64,000 nucleotides of DNA from an uncultured Verrucomicrobiae bacterium (GTDB lineage: Bacteria; Verrucomicrobiota; Verrucomicrobiia; Limisphaerales; Palsa-1400): NCBI GenBank assembly GCA_963702845.1, contig OY969763.1:5088001-5152000 (forward strand). The letters are read 5' to 3'. The position numbers and the translations under genes were made by a program. The notes below the pieces were generated by a model. The model ran no database searches. It was not told where the DNA came from and saw only the letters and a program-made list of their open reading frames with translations. Within the stretch, counting starts at the first letter, position 1. The number at the start of each line of letters is the position of its first letter. This document shows, piece by piece, positions 48,956 through 58,612 of this stretch.

Positions 48956-49002
48956 TTTCTGTCATTACAGAAATAAAATAACAGATTGGCCGTTTGTGGC
49001 AA
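48956..49002 (-). promoter_or_regulatory. Putative promoter with a palindromic operator
   Basis: Minus-strand TTGCCA-N16-TATTTT, immediately followed by the palindrome TTTCTGT-N4-ACAGAAA (48956-48973). Confidence 0.5.
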
Positions 49003-49016
49003 GCACAATTTTCGTG

Positions 49017-49083
49017 TGGAGTTCCGCCTTTAGGCGGTCCGCGTGGCAGATACAGCGACGGAACCGCCTAAGGAGGGACTCCA
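49017..49083. repeat. REP-like inverted doublet (CCGCCT-TT/AA-AGGCGG)
   Basis: TGGAGTTCCGCCTTTAGGCGGTCC and a degenerate inverse copy; a third copy lies at 52323-52346. Confidence 0.7.
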
Positions 49084-49100
49084 TAGGCGTTCCATCTGGT

Positions 49101-49128
49101 TTGACAAGCGCCCTCGCTGACATAAGAT
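49101..49128 (+). promoter_or_regulatory. Sigma70-like promoter for sufB
   Basis: TTGACA-N16-TAAGAT. Confidence 0.5.
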
Positions 49129-49156
49129 GCTTAAGCGGACAATTTTTGTCCTGATT

Positions 49157-50602
49157 ATGCCCACAGCCACAGAGACCATCGAAAATTTCGTCAATACCGA
49201 GTACAAATACGGCTTCAGCAGCGACATCGAAACCGAAGCCTTTTTACCCGGCTTGAACGAAGATACCGTTCGCCGCATTTCCGACAAAAAGAACGAACCC
49301 GAATTTCTCCGCGAATGGCGCCTCAAAGCCTTTCGTCATTGGCTCACGATGGAAGAGCCGCATTGGCCGAATGCGCACTATCCCGCGATCGACTACCAGG
49401 GCTATATCTATTATGCCGTGCCCAAGCCGAAGAAGAAACTCGATAGCCTCGACCAGGTCGATCCCGACGTTCTCGAGATGTTCGACAAACTCGGCATTTC
49501 TCTCGACGAACAAAAGCGCCTGAGCGGTGTCGCTGTCGATGCCATCATGGACAGCGCCAGCGTTGCCACGACGTTCCGCAAAGAGCTCGCTGAAAAAGGC
49601 ATTATTTTCTGCAGCTTCAGCGAAGCCGTCCGCGAACATCCCGAACTCATCAAAAAATATCTCGGCACAGTCGTCCCGCCGAATGACAACTTTTACGCCG
49701 CGCTCAACAGCGCCGTGTTCAGCGACGGCTCCTTCTGCTACATCCCCAAGGGCGTCCGTTGCCCGATGGAGCTTTCGACCTATTTCCGCATCAACACCGC
49801 CGGTGCCGGCCAATTCGAACGCACCCTCATCATCGCCGACGAAGGCAGCTACGTCAGCTACCTCGAAGGTTGCACCGCCCCGATGCGCGACGAAAATCAG
49901 CTCCACGCCGCCGTCGTCGAACTCATCGCGATGGAAGGCGCCGAGATCAAATACTCTACCGTCCAAAACTGGTATCCCGGCGACAAAGAAGGCAAGGGCG
50001 GCATCTACAATTTCGTGACCAAGCGCGGCAAATGCGCCGGTCGCAATTCCAAGATTTCCTGGACCCAGGTCGAAACCGGCTCCGCCATCACTTGGAAATA
50101 TCCGAGCGTGCTCCTGATTGGCGACAACAGCGTCGGCGAATTCTATTCCGTCGCGTTGACCAACCACATGCAGCAGGCCGACACCGGCACCAAAATGATC
50201 CACATCGGCAAGAACACCAGCAGCACGATCGTCTCCAAAGGAATCAGCGCTGGCAAAGGCCAGAACAGCTATCGCGGCCTCGTCAAAATCATGAAGAGCG
50301 CCGAGAACGCCCGCAATTACAGCCAATGCGATTCGTTGCTCCTGGGTGACAAATGCGGCGCGCACACTTTCCCCTACATCGAAGTTCGCAACACCAGTTC
50401 GACTGTCGAACACGAAGCCTCGACCTCCAAGATCGGTGAAGATCAGATCTTCTATTGCAACCAGCGCGGCATTCCGACCCAGGACGCCGTCAACATGATC
50501 GTCAACGGCTACTGCAAAGAAGTGTTTAAACACCTCCCGATGGAATTCGCCGTTGAAGCGCAGAAACTTCTGGGCGTGAGCCTCGAAGGTTCCGTCGGCT
50601 AA
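49157..50602 (+). CDS. sufB: Fe-S cluster assembly protein SufB
   Basis: [41 protein letters not shown] and LPMEFAVE...LEGSVG. Confidence 0.97.
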   Translation: MPTATETIENFVNTEYKYGFSSDIETEAFLPGLNEDTVRRISDKKNEPEFLREWRLKAFRHWLTMEEPHWPNAHYPAIDYQGYIYYAVPKPKKKLDSLDQVDPDVLEMFDKLGISLDEQKRLSGVAVDAIMDSASVATTFRKELAEKGIIFCSFSEAVREHPELIKKYLGTVVPPNDNFYAALNSAVFSDGSFCYIPKGVRCPMELSTYFRINTAGAGQFERTLIIADEGSYVSYLEGCTAPMRDENQLHAAVVELIAMEGAEIKYSTVQNWYPGDKEGKGGIYNFVTKRGKCAGRNSKISWTQVETGSAITWKYPSVLLIGDNSVGEFYSVALTNHMQQADTGTKMIHIGKNTSSTIVSKGISAGKGQNSYRGLVKIMKSAENARNYSQCDSLLLGDKCGAHTFPYIEVRNTSSTVEHEASTSKIGEDQIFYCNQRGIPTQDAVNMIVNGYCKEVFKHLPMEFAVEAQKLLGVSLEGSVG

Positions 50603-50940
50603 GCGGAACGTCCGCCTCGCTTTAAAACGGCGCGCGCCGAATCCCCACTTAACATTTCGTTAAGCGCGACGGCACATCGTGCTCGCGTTCATGTCCATTT
50701 CCTCGTCCCTGCCCGACCGGCGTCTCTAAGTCACATCAGGGCAAAGCAACTGCGCCCTGAACAATGACTCCTAGAACAGCTTACGAAAGCGCATGACCCA
50801 CCCACCCACCAAACCCTGAAACCAAAACACTACCATTTGTTGTAATATGCTTAACATCAAAGATATTCGCACAGGATATTTTCACAAAAAACACCTTGAA
50901 TACTCGCCTTTCTGAACGAATCTAAAGCCCAGTTAAATCC

Positions 50941-51711
50941 ATGCCCCGAATTTTAATCCTAGCTGCTTTACTAATCGCGAACGTCACCGTCATGGCTGAT
51001 CGCGCGGATCAAGCCCCTTTACCGCCGCTCGAAACAATCATCAAAAACGCCATCGAGCACTCCAAAAAGGAACCCGAAAACGATCGCCTATTTCAACAGC
51101 GTTACGAATTCATCCGCACCAAGTGCACCGAATACCGCAACGGCGATGGCGAACTCACCAGGCGCGACCAAAAAACAAACATCAATCACGTTCGCATCGC
51201 ATCCGCGACTGTCGCCGCCAAGCCGAAACCCACGCCCGTTCGCGCTCCGAAGGTCGAATCAAAAACCATGCCCTCGGACCGCATCGACAAAAAAGATATT
51301 CTGCTCAACGAAGATTTGTTCAGCCGATTCCAATTCAATTTGATCGGGCGCGAGCAAGTCGCTGGTCGCACCGCCCTCGTTCTCGATTTCAAACCGGCCA
51401 ACAAAAAACTGCCCAACAACAATTTCAAAGATCGCTTCATCAACATCGCCGCCGGGCGTCTTTGGGTAGACGAAGAAGATTCCGCCCTTGTCAAAGCCAG
51501 CCTACACCTCACCGAGAAGGTCAGCGTGATCGGCGGCATTGTCGGCGCCATCGGCAAATTCAACTGCACTGTCGACCGCGAACGCACAACGGACGGCCTT
51601 TGGTTCACCAGCGCGATGGACTGGCATCTCGAAGGCCGCGTCGCCCTCGCCCATCGCACTATCGATTACCACGAAGAAAAAACCGGCGTGCAGAATAAAG
51701 CGGCGCGCTAA
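50941..51711 (+). CDS. Secreted hypothetical beta-rich protein
   Basis: Signal peptide and GREQVAGRTALVLDFKP...AGRLWVDEED pattern, reminiscent of LolA-like/sorting folds. Confidence 0.75.
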   Translation: MPRILILAALLIANVTVMADRADQAPLPPLETIIKNAIEHSKKEPENDRLFQQRYEFIRTKCTEYRNGDGELTRRDQKTNINHVRIASATVAAKPKPTPVRAPKVESKTMPSDRIDKKDILLNEDLFSRFQFNLIGREQVAGRTALVLDFKPANKKLPNNNFKDRFINIAAGRLWVDEEDSALVKASLHLTEKVSVIGGIVGAIGKFNCTVDRERTTDGLWFTSAMDWHLEGRVALAHRTIDYHEEKTGVQNKAAR

Positions 51712-52521
51712 GGTCTCGCGATCTTACGCGGTCCGTGCATAAAAAGTTCGAAGGAAAGTCGCGCATTGCCGCACATTGTCCCGCTTGTGTGTGAAGTCAG
51801 TTGCACATTTTATAGTTAAAGCACGGCATGGCACCATTGAAAGTTGCACATTTTGTAGATGGCATTCGGCGAAGCGGAATCGTGGAAGATTTTTTAGCTT
51901 GGGTGATATTTGGTGATATTTACTGATATTTTTTCCGCAGGAACGGCCGGCGACTCGGCGCATGGCTGATCGCGGATGCTGTCGAGTTCGCATTACACCC
52001 GCTGCCATCTGGTGACATCTAGTTACCTCTGGTGACATGCGCAGCCGGTTGATGGTTGAGGGGCCTGAAATAAAAACGAGGCGCAACCAGAAGTCCAGGC
52101 TCCCACAGCCGCGATTGACCGAAACGCTGCGGGCGCAATCCACCGGAAAATAATTCTTTTTTTAAACCGATATTAACCGGCACAGGTCGATACGAAGCGG
52201 CACCCGCACGCTGACCTCGGATGCCATGCGGGCACACGAGTGGCGTGATTGGCATCCCTTCATCCCGGATCATATTTCGTCCGGCGCCGCTCATAGTCGG
52301 TTTGGCATTTGAGCCTTCAAGAGACCGCCTAAAGGCGGGACTCTATACCGATTGAGAAATGAAGCGGCGGCTCGTCAATTCACTTCATTATTTATAATGC
52401 AGATGAATGCCTGGAAATCTCACTCGCGATCACCGGAGAATCACAGTCGCAACACGATCCCCAAGGTAACAACCTCCAAAGGGTGGACCTGCTTCCAGAC
52501 CCCCAACTATCCTCTACCAAT

Positions 52522-52620
52522 GTTTCGGTTTTGTTTGCCGCGCCGACGCGACGCAAACAAAACCAAACCAATTATCAAACCTCTTCCGATTCTATAAATA
52601 TGTCACCCCTGACGGGGCTC
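52522..52620 (+). repeat. ~100-bp element, left copy of an inverted pair
   Basis: TTTTGTTTGC..GCAAACAAAA hairpin plus TTCTATAAATATGTCACCCCTGACGGGGCTC. Confidence 0.8.
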
Positions 52621-52768
52621 GTTAAAACGCCTCAAACGAAGTTTCACTTTTTGTCCCATCGTAGTTTTAGCGAAGGTGGATCGCGAAGCGGCGACGAAGG
52701 AGTCCGAACGACGGCTTCTGCTGGCGTTCAGCGATGGAACTTTTCCCAACGGGCGGGTTTACCAAAAC

Positions 52769-53215
52769 ATGAGACTGCATTGGTCCGCGTTCATAGCATG
52801 CGCTGCCATTTCTACGTGTTGTTTGGCGAAGGAAGCGATTGGGCCAAAGCATCCATATTCATCAATTCCGCAGAGGAATGTTTTTGCGCTGAACATGTAT
52901 CTGCCGCCGGAGCCGGTGTGCGGGAGCAAGCCCGTTTGTCCGCTAAATATTTCGGGGTTTGTAAAACGAGGTGACGAAAGCACGCGGGTTTTATTGGCGT
53001 CGCGGCCGAAAGAGCCAAAGGAAGCGATGAGGTTTTACAAATTAAGCGAAGGGGAGACTGATGACGGGGTGAAGGTTGTCAGGATTGGCTCGAAACAGGA
53101 ATCAGTGGAGTTGTTGGTGGACGGAGAGCCGGTGGTTTTGACGGTGCGGAGCAATAGTTTTGCGGTTGGGAAGCAGGGGTTGGGCGAGGTACCTTCCCTA
53201 ACTGCGATTCGTTAA
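52769..53215 (+). CDS. Secreted hypothetical protein, possibly GspC/PilP-like
   Basis: Signal-like N-terminus, PYSSIPQRNVFAL, LNISG and LSEGETDDGVKVVRI. Confidence 0.6.
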   Translation: MRLHWSAFIACAAISTCCLAKEAIGPKHPYSSIPQRNVFALNMYLPPEPVCGSKPVCPLNISGFVKRGDESTRVLLASRPKEPKEAMRFYKLSEGETDDGVKVVRIGSKQESVELLVDGEPVVLTVRSNSFAVGKQGLGEVPSLTAIR

Positions 53216-53289
53216 AACGCCACAAACGGCGGTTCACTTCCTGTCCCGCCCCGCGTGGATCGCGGCGGAGGCGACGCATGGTTCATCCC

Positions 53290-53389
53290 CCCTTCCAGGG
53301 GTGTAGAGCCGTCAGGCCGTCAGGAATGTTGATGGTCAACGCGTTGGATTGGAATCCAGCCGTCAGGCTGACGGCAGGCACCCGTCAGG
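53290..53389 (+). repeat. Dispersed box element, copy C (CCGTCAG)
   Basis: Boxes at 53309, 53317, 53360 and 53382; inverted box at 53368; leader is 21/23 identical to copy B. Confidence 0.75.
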
Positions 53390-53489
53390 TTCCTTCACGC
53401 CGAGGCAAATGAGACGAGTGCGGCTGTCAGCAAACTCCAGGGCGTGTGGCACCGAAACCCCCGCGGTGGATTTGCCATCCAAGATTCTG

Positions 53490-53720
53490 CTAAGCTGCTT
53501 TTACGGGAGCGGCTTGGCGAATGAGCTTCCCCCCGTTGGTTTTGAGATAGGCCTGCACCGCAATAATGCCGCCGAGGCTGATGGGAACGCGCTTCTGGGT
53601 CTGAAACATCCGATAATGGGTGAGCGTCTTGCCAACTTCCATGATCTCGATGTGCCTATCGTCCAGTTTCCAGAGTTGACCTTTTGCCAGCGGGGCAACT
53701 GGAGGTTTAGTTAGTTTCAT
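53490..53720 (-). CDS. Small basic hypothetical protein
   Basis: 76-aa ORF with ATG start, AT-rich upstream region and protein-like composition (LAKGQLWK...GKTLTHYR). Confidence 0.65.
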   Translation of the reverse strand: MKLTKPPVAPLAKGQLWKLDDRHIEIMEVGKTLTHYRMFQTQKRVPISLGGIIAVQAYLKTNGGKLIRQAAPVKAA

Positions 53721-53930
53721 ATATTTTACTTTTTTGAGTGCCTCGCCATTGAGATAAAAATCTCTGGCGGTCGAGTAGGAAGCGGTGGGCCCCGTGGATC
53801 GTTGACTCGACGAGAAGAGTCAAACATTTAAACGCACAAAAAGATATGTAAATCGATAAATGAATTCTTTCGGAGTTCGCCGGTGTTCGCGCGCCCGTCC
53901 GTACCGTTTTCGTACTTCTTCCTTAATCCC

Positions 53931-54030
53931 GACTCCGTTAGGGGTGACATGTCTATAGAAAACCCAACCAACAACAACAACGTTTAGTTTTTGTTTGCGC
54001 CGCGCAAGCGCCGCAAACAAAAAACAAAAC
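53931..54030 (-). repeat. ~100-bp element, right (inverted) copy
   Basis: Reverse complement reads TTTTGTTTGC..GCAAACAAAA...TTCTATAGACATGTCACCCCTAACGGAGTC. Confidence 0.8.
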
Positions 54031-54139
54031 CAGTTGTAAAATTCCAATCCCACAAGCAGGTCGCCTTAAATGTTCGTTAAACTTCGAACTGGTGACTGAT
54101 CTGGAATAAGATGTGAATTCCAGTTGCTGCGAAAAAAGT

Positions 54140-57070
54140 TCAAGGCTGGCTAATTCGATACACACGCACGGGTTCATCTGGTGCAATCGAAATCGTATTG
54201 GAGAACGTCCCATTACTGCTGCCGAACACGCCCATGGCCTCGACCGTCCAGAGGGCGGAAGGCCAAGCGGCGTTGGTCGAGGCCAGCACCGAATAGCTGG
54301 ATCCAGGGCGACCGTTCTGACCCTGCAAAATGAAGACCGGTCGCGACATGGTTGCCCTGGTAATATGGGTAACCTGACTGAGGTCAACGGCTGTGCCGAG
54401 GCGCACTTCACTGTACTGGGTCGCGTCAGGGGTACCACCCGCAACTTCTGTAACCAAGACACGATAACTGCTGTAGGCGGCGGTATTCGCAAATTCGATG
54501 ACACGTCCCCAACTATTTCGATCTTGATCGGTTGCCAATCCGGTTGTGCCCTCGTATATGAGAGTGAATCCGCTCGCGCCTGGTTTTGCGGCATCTGATG
54601 CGTTCGATCCTTCGATAGTAATCCGAGACGGATCACGAGATGGCATGTCGCTACCAGCAGCAAACTGCATCGCGGTAACAATGGTGAGGCCTTTTGCCGG
54701 AGTGACAACAAAGCCGGTGTTAACTCCCGGAAGACTGCCGTCAACATCTTGGGCCTTATTAAAATATTTTGTTCCGAGATTTTGATCAATGGCGTTGGTA
54801 ACGCCGGCTCCGTCGCTGTCGCTGGCCAAAGCCAGGGTATTGGAGCTGCCCCTGGTCGTCCATTTGAGCGGCACGATAAAGTCGTGCGGCGACAGAACAC
54901 AAGCTAGGCTAAGGTCGGGTGCGATCAGATGTGACAGATCAACAACATCAGCCATGCGTTCGGGAGGACTGACCACGAGATTGGTCAGCTTTCCGTTCTG
55001 GATGGCTCCCTGCACGACTGTTTGAAACGGCGCGTTTAATTTGAAGGTGACATTCCATTCGCTGGGCCAGGCCGGGCAAAGCAGAATCTTTCTGCCGTCA
55101 GTTTGCATGATCATTTGCTGCAAGGCGTGTTCCGCATTGCCGCCGTTATCTTCATCGGGGGTATAGTCATTTCCCTTTGCCCAAAAGGCTGGAAACTTTA
55201 GCGATGGCTCGGTATTGGTCAGATTAAACAGCGTGTATTGTTTGGCGACATTGGTCAGTCCCAGCATCGCGGCCTGAATCGGGTCCTGCACCCAACAGCC
55301 CGGTTTGGTAAAATACCGCTCGTTAAATGTAGAGATCGCAAGGTCCACATCCGGCTTGCCCAACCCGTAAAGGCGAAAGGGGTAGATGGCATACAATTCG
55401 GGATTTTCGACATTCTGCACAATGTTCGTCTGCGGGCCGGAATAGGGAAGCAGCGTGCATTTGCCGGCTCTCCTTCCAACCGGCAGATCAGGAATTTGCC
55501 CAAGCATTCTGACCCAAACGGCGTGATTTGATGCAGAAATAGTATCGTTGGTTAATGAAATCATGCGCGGCAGCACGGCCTGTAACCCAGCGATGTCGGG
55601 TGCCGGATCATGAACTTTCCAATAGGTTTCCAGCGCGTTGACCGGATCGAGCAGCAGTTTGCCCTGAGCATCACGCGCGAAGTGTTGGTCGTAAAACGTG
55701 AGCCCGGCCGTCGCCGCCGGCAAAAGATAGTGGCTCAAAAAATTCGTGTCGCCGGTAAACTCGTAATAATCAAGCATCATCATACTCAACTCGAGAACCG
55801 GCGAAAAGTAATGGCCAGTATAGATCCCGGGGACCTCAGGCCCATAATAGTTCAATCCGCCCCAAGACGGAAACGCTTCAGCAAAATAAGCGCCTTGATG
55901 GTGGTAGTACGCGGTCACTTGCGACGCATTGTTCGATAGGATTTGCGAATACATCTTGAACATCGGGAGCATGAGATCAAAGTCTCCGGCAGCCAGGCGG
56001 GGCCAATACATCGCGCGCGTATTCTGAAACCAATATTGGCCGCCCCAAACCCGGTAGTCAGCATTTTGCTGGTGCGCCGGATCATCGACAACGAAGAGCG
56101 ACCCATTGAACTTGATCGGATAAGCGCCGCGCCCGGCGCATGCGGTAACGAACCGTTGAAGGACGTAGCCCCGCGTCAGATTCGTCGCATCATTGTCCCC
56201 TGTGACAAAGATCCAGCTACGGTTCCAGAAGCCATCCCACCATGCGCGGTGGTCAAGCCGGCTCTGTTCCAGGTTCGCTGTATCAGTTTGCCCGATGAGC
56301 CCCTCCAACTGCGCGAGCCATTGATTGGTGGAAGCATACGCGGTCAACGGGTAAATGGAAAACAGTTGGGTGCTAGCCGCAGTAGAGGATTGCAGGTTTG
56401 TAGGGCCGTTTTTGATAAGGCCATCACCTTTGATGGCCGCGCCAAAACATAATCCGGCCACATGTGGATCAGTTTGATCAGTGTTTCGGTGACACCATGC
56501 AATGCGGTTTGTCTGATTGGCCATGAGAGTATCGGAATCCGAGCCGCCGAAACGCCAATCAATTAAGCCGACTGTCATTGAGACCGGTTTGGCATTGCTC
56601 GCGGCCGCGACCCGGATAACCGGGCGATTCGCATCCACCCAGATGTCAAATGTAACCTGATTGGTGTCGTAACCTTCTTTGATCTCGATCTCTCCTTCGT
56701 GCAGCTTGAGCGTTTGCAACACGGGCGCAGAGCCCGTGAACGGGCTGGGGCTGATCGAGACGCGCACCTGTCCAAGCTTCATCAGCGCCTGAGTGTCCCA
56801 AATATCGTAGTCCCAGGCATCGCTCTTGCTGATATAGAAGGACACGTCACCATTGGTTTCCATCCAAACGTTAAGCCCAATATCGCCATTACCTAAAGGC
56901 ATGGATTGTGAAGACGTGGGCCCTGGCACATTCCAGCTGACGTTGTAATCATCAAGTGCCGAAAGAATGTTTGTGTTGTTGCCGGTCACCTGGCCGAACG
57001 AAAGTGAATAACCGATGCAAAACAGAAAACAGATGCTGCTGCTGCTGAAGCACTTCCTCTCACAATCCAT
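54140..57070 (-). CDS. Secreted glycoside hydrolase (DUF5703 / GH95-like) with C-terminal beta-sandwich domains
   Basis: SMPLGNGDIGLNVW, YPIKFNGSLF, DYRVWGGQYWFQNTR, ENPELYAIYPF and PAWPSEWNVTFKL. Confidence 0.8.
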   Translation of the reverse strand: MDCERKCFSSSSICFLFCIGYSLSFGQVTGNNTNILSALDDYNVSWNVPGPTSSQSMPLGNGDIGLNVWMETNGDVSFYISKSDAWDYDIWDTQALMKLGQVRVSISPSPFTGSAPVLQTLKLHEGEIEIKEGYDTNQVTFDIWVDANRPVIRVAAASNAKPVSMTVGLIDWRFGGSDSDTLMANQTNRIAWCHRNTDQTDPHVAGLCFGAAIKGDGLIKNGPTNLQSSTAASTQLFSIYPLTAYASTNQWLAQLEGLIGQTDTANLEQSRLDHRAWWDGFWNRSWIFVTGDNDATNLTRGYVLQRFVTACAGRGAYPIKFNGSLFVVDDPAHQQNADYRVWGGQYWFQNTRAMYWPRLAAGDFDLMLPMFKMYSQILSNNASQVTAYYHHQGAYFAEAFPSWGGLNYYGPEVPGIYTGHYFSPVLELSMMMLDYYEFTGDTNFLSHYLLPAATAGLTFYDQHFARDAQGKLLLDPVNALETYWKVHDPAPDIAGLQAVLPRMISLTNDTISASNHAVWVRMLGQIPDLPVGRRAGKCTLLPYSGPQTNIVQNVENPELYAIYPFRLYGLGKPDVDLAISTFNERYFTKPGCWVQDPIQAAMLGLTNVAKQYTLFNLTNTEPSLKFPAFWAKGNDYTPDEDNGGNAEHALQQMIMQTDGRKILLCPAWPSEWNVTFKLNAPFQTVVQGAIQNGKLTNLVVSPPERMADVVDLSHLIAPDLSLACVLSPHDFIVPLKWTTRGSSNTLALASDSDGAGVTNAIDQNLGTKYFNKAQDVDGSLPGVNTGFVVTPAKGLTIVTAMQFAAGSDMPSRDPSRITIEGSNASDAAKPGASGFTLIYEGTTGLATDQDRNSWGRVIEFANTAAYSSYRVLVTEVAGGTPDATQYSEVRLGTAVDLSQVTHITRATMSRPVFILQGQNGRPGSSYSVLASTNAAWPSALWTVEAMGVFGSSNGTFSNTISIAPDEPVRVYRISQP

Positions 57071-57411
57071 AAGTTACTTACAACAGCACCCGCAGCGTTT
57101 GCTGTCAATGCATTAGTGGATGTCCTTAGGGCGGTCCTGGTAATTCAACTTTCGGTCGTATCAGCCGCTTGCTCACGCACCCGAGTGGTCGGGGCCGGTG
57201 TCAGGCCGGTGTCACATTTATACTAAAGAGCCACCTCTATCTGACAGCAAAGGACACCAACAAATAAATCTGGTCCCGCCGCCATCCGAGGTTATTCGAA
57301 CCTATCCGAACCTAAATTAATTCTGGCTCTGTGGTTCATCCGCGCCTTCACTCTGCTCGAATGCCGCTCCTGTATTGCTGTTCGGCCAACATTCGTTACA
57401 CTGCTCTTTTA

Positions 57412-57747
57412 ATGAGTAAACCTGTCTGCCCGATGTGTGAGATGACTAATGTCCTGGAGTTTCCTGGAAAATGGGAATGCGTCACTTGCGGGCACGAATG
57501 GGAACGCGCGCCTGAACCGGAAGCGGCAGCCGGCCCGCGTGTGGTCAAAGATGCCCACGGGAATGTGCTCTCCGATGGCGATTGCATCGTCTTGATCAAG
57601 GATTTGAAATTGGGCGGTGGCAATCGGGTTCTCAAGGGCGGCTTGAAATCCAAACCGATTCGTCTCGTGGATGGCGATCACGAGATTGATTGCAAAGTGG
57701 ACGGAATTTCCATCGCGCTAAAAGCCTGTTTTGTGAAGAAGGCGTGA
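57412..57747 (+). CDS. PhnA/YjdM zinc-ribbon protein
   Basis: CPMC...ECVTCGHEW, VKDAHGNVLSDGD, IRLVDGDHEIDCK and LKACFVKKA. Confidence 0.9.
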   Translation: MSKPVCPMCEMTNVLEFPGKWECVTCGHEWERAPEPEAAAGPRVVKDAHGNVLSDGDCIVLIKDLKLGGGNRVLKGGLKSKPIRLVDGDHEIDCKVDGISIALKACFVKKA

Positions 57748-57753
57748 TTCGCG

Positions 57754-58515
57754 ATGCACCGGAATCCTCGAACCCACGCCGCTTTCACCCTTGTCGAACT
57801 TCTCGTCGTCATCGCCATTATTGCAATCATTGCCGCGCTGCTTTTGCCCGCGCTCTCGCGGTCGAAACAAAAAGCGCATCAAATCGCTTGCACCTCAAAT
57901 CTCCATCAACTCGGTGTCGCGCTCCAAAGTTTCGTTGGTGATAACCGTGCTTATCCAACGGTCATCAGTCCGACGAACAGCGAATTGCCCGGGTTTTGGA
58001 TCAGCCAATTACAAAGCGGCGGATTCGGCTTTGGTAATTCCAAGCCCGTCACCAACCTCATCGAAAAAGGAGTCTGGCGTTGTCCCACGGCGCCTTCGCA
58101 CCTGGCGATTCCGAACGAGAACGCGGAATTTTGCAGTTACGCCTATAACTCTTTCGGTGTTATGGCTGTTGGTGATCGCACCAACGCGCTCGGATTGCAG
58201 GGGAAATTTATTCCCGGCCAAACCAATGCTGACTTCTGGTCGAGGATTGCACCGGTCAAGGAATCGGAAGTCGCCGCGCCCGCCGACATGATGGCGATCG
58301 GCGACAGCACAGTCGGCGGAGTTGAGTTCATGCGAGAGGACATCAATTACGTGATGCGACACGACGCGGACAAACGTCACACGGGCAAACTCAACGTTCT
58401 CTTTTGCGATGGACACACTGAATCGCCGACCTTAAACAAATTGTTTGTCGATACGGACGACGAGGCTCTGGTTCGATGGAACCGCGACCATCAACCGCAC
58501 AGGGATAAGCTTTGA
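57754..58515 (+). CDS. Prepilin-type N-methylation / H-X9-DG (DUF1559-like) protein
   Basis: [33 protein letters not shown] and [14 protein letters not shown]. Confidence 0.92.
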   Translation: MHRNPRTHAAFTLVELLVVIAIIAIIAALLLPALSRSKQKAHQIACTSNLHQLGVALQSFVGDNRAYPTVISPTNSELPGFWISQLQSGGFGFGNSKPVTNLIEKGVWRCPTAPSHLAIPNENAEFCSYAYNSFGVMAVGDRTNALGLQGKFIPGQTNADFWSRIAPVKESEVAAPADMMAIGDSTVGGVEFMREDINYVMRHDADKRHTGKLNVLFCDGHTESPTLNKLFVDTDDEALVRWNRDHQPHRDKL

Positions 58516-58568
58516 GGAGCGAGCGTAAGGTTCGCATTTCGCGCGCCTAACATTCTCGTAGGTTTATT

Positions 58569-58612
58569 CCAAAAGCGGTAGAGGACTGCCTCACTCCATG
58601 ACGCTTCGCGCG
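58569..58612. repeat. REP-like element between convergent genes
   Basis: CCAAAAGCGGTAGAGGACTGCCTCACTCCA, an imperfect palindrome ending in the reverse complement of TGGAG. Confidence 0.45.

Noticed and set aside
49244..50533. 429-aa ORF antisense to sufB
   Set aside because: Explained by the strong codon bias of sufB; no protein motifs.
51724..52974. Short ORFs in the repeat-rich tract (139, 91, 81 and 163 aa)
   Set aside because: They translate repeat elements, mostly lack good starts and show no recognisable domains.
53953..54900. 315-aa alternative-frame ORF
   Set aside because: Overlaps the glycoside hydrolase on the same strand and runs into a repeat; composition is not protein-like.
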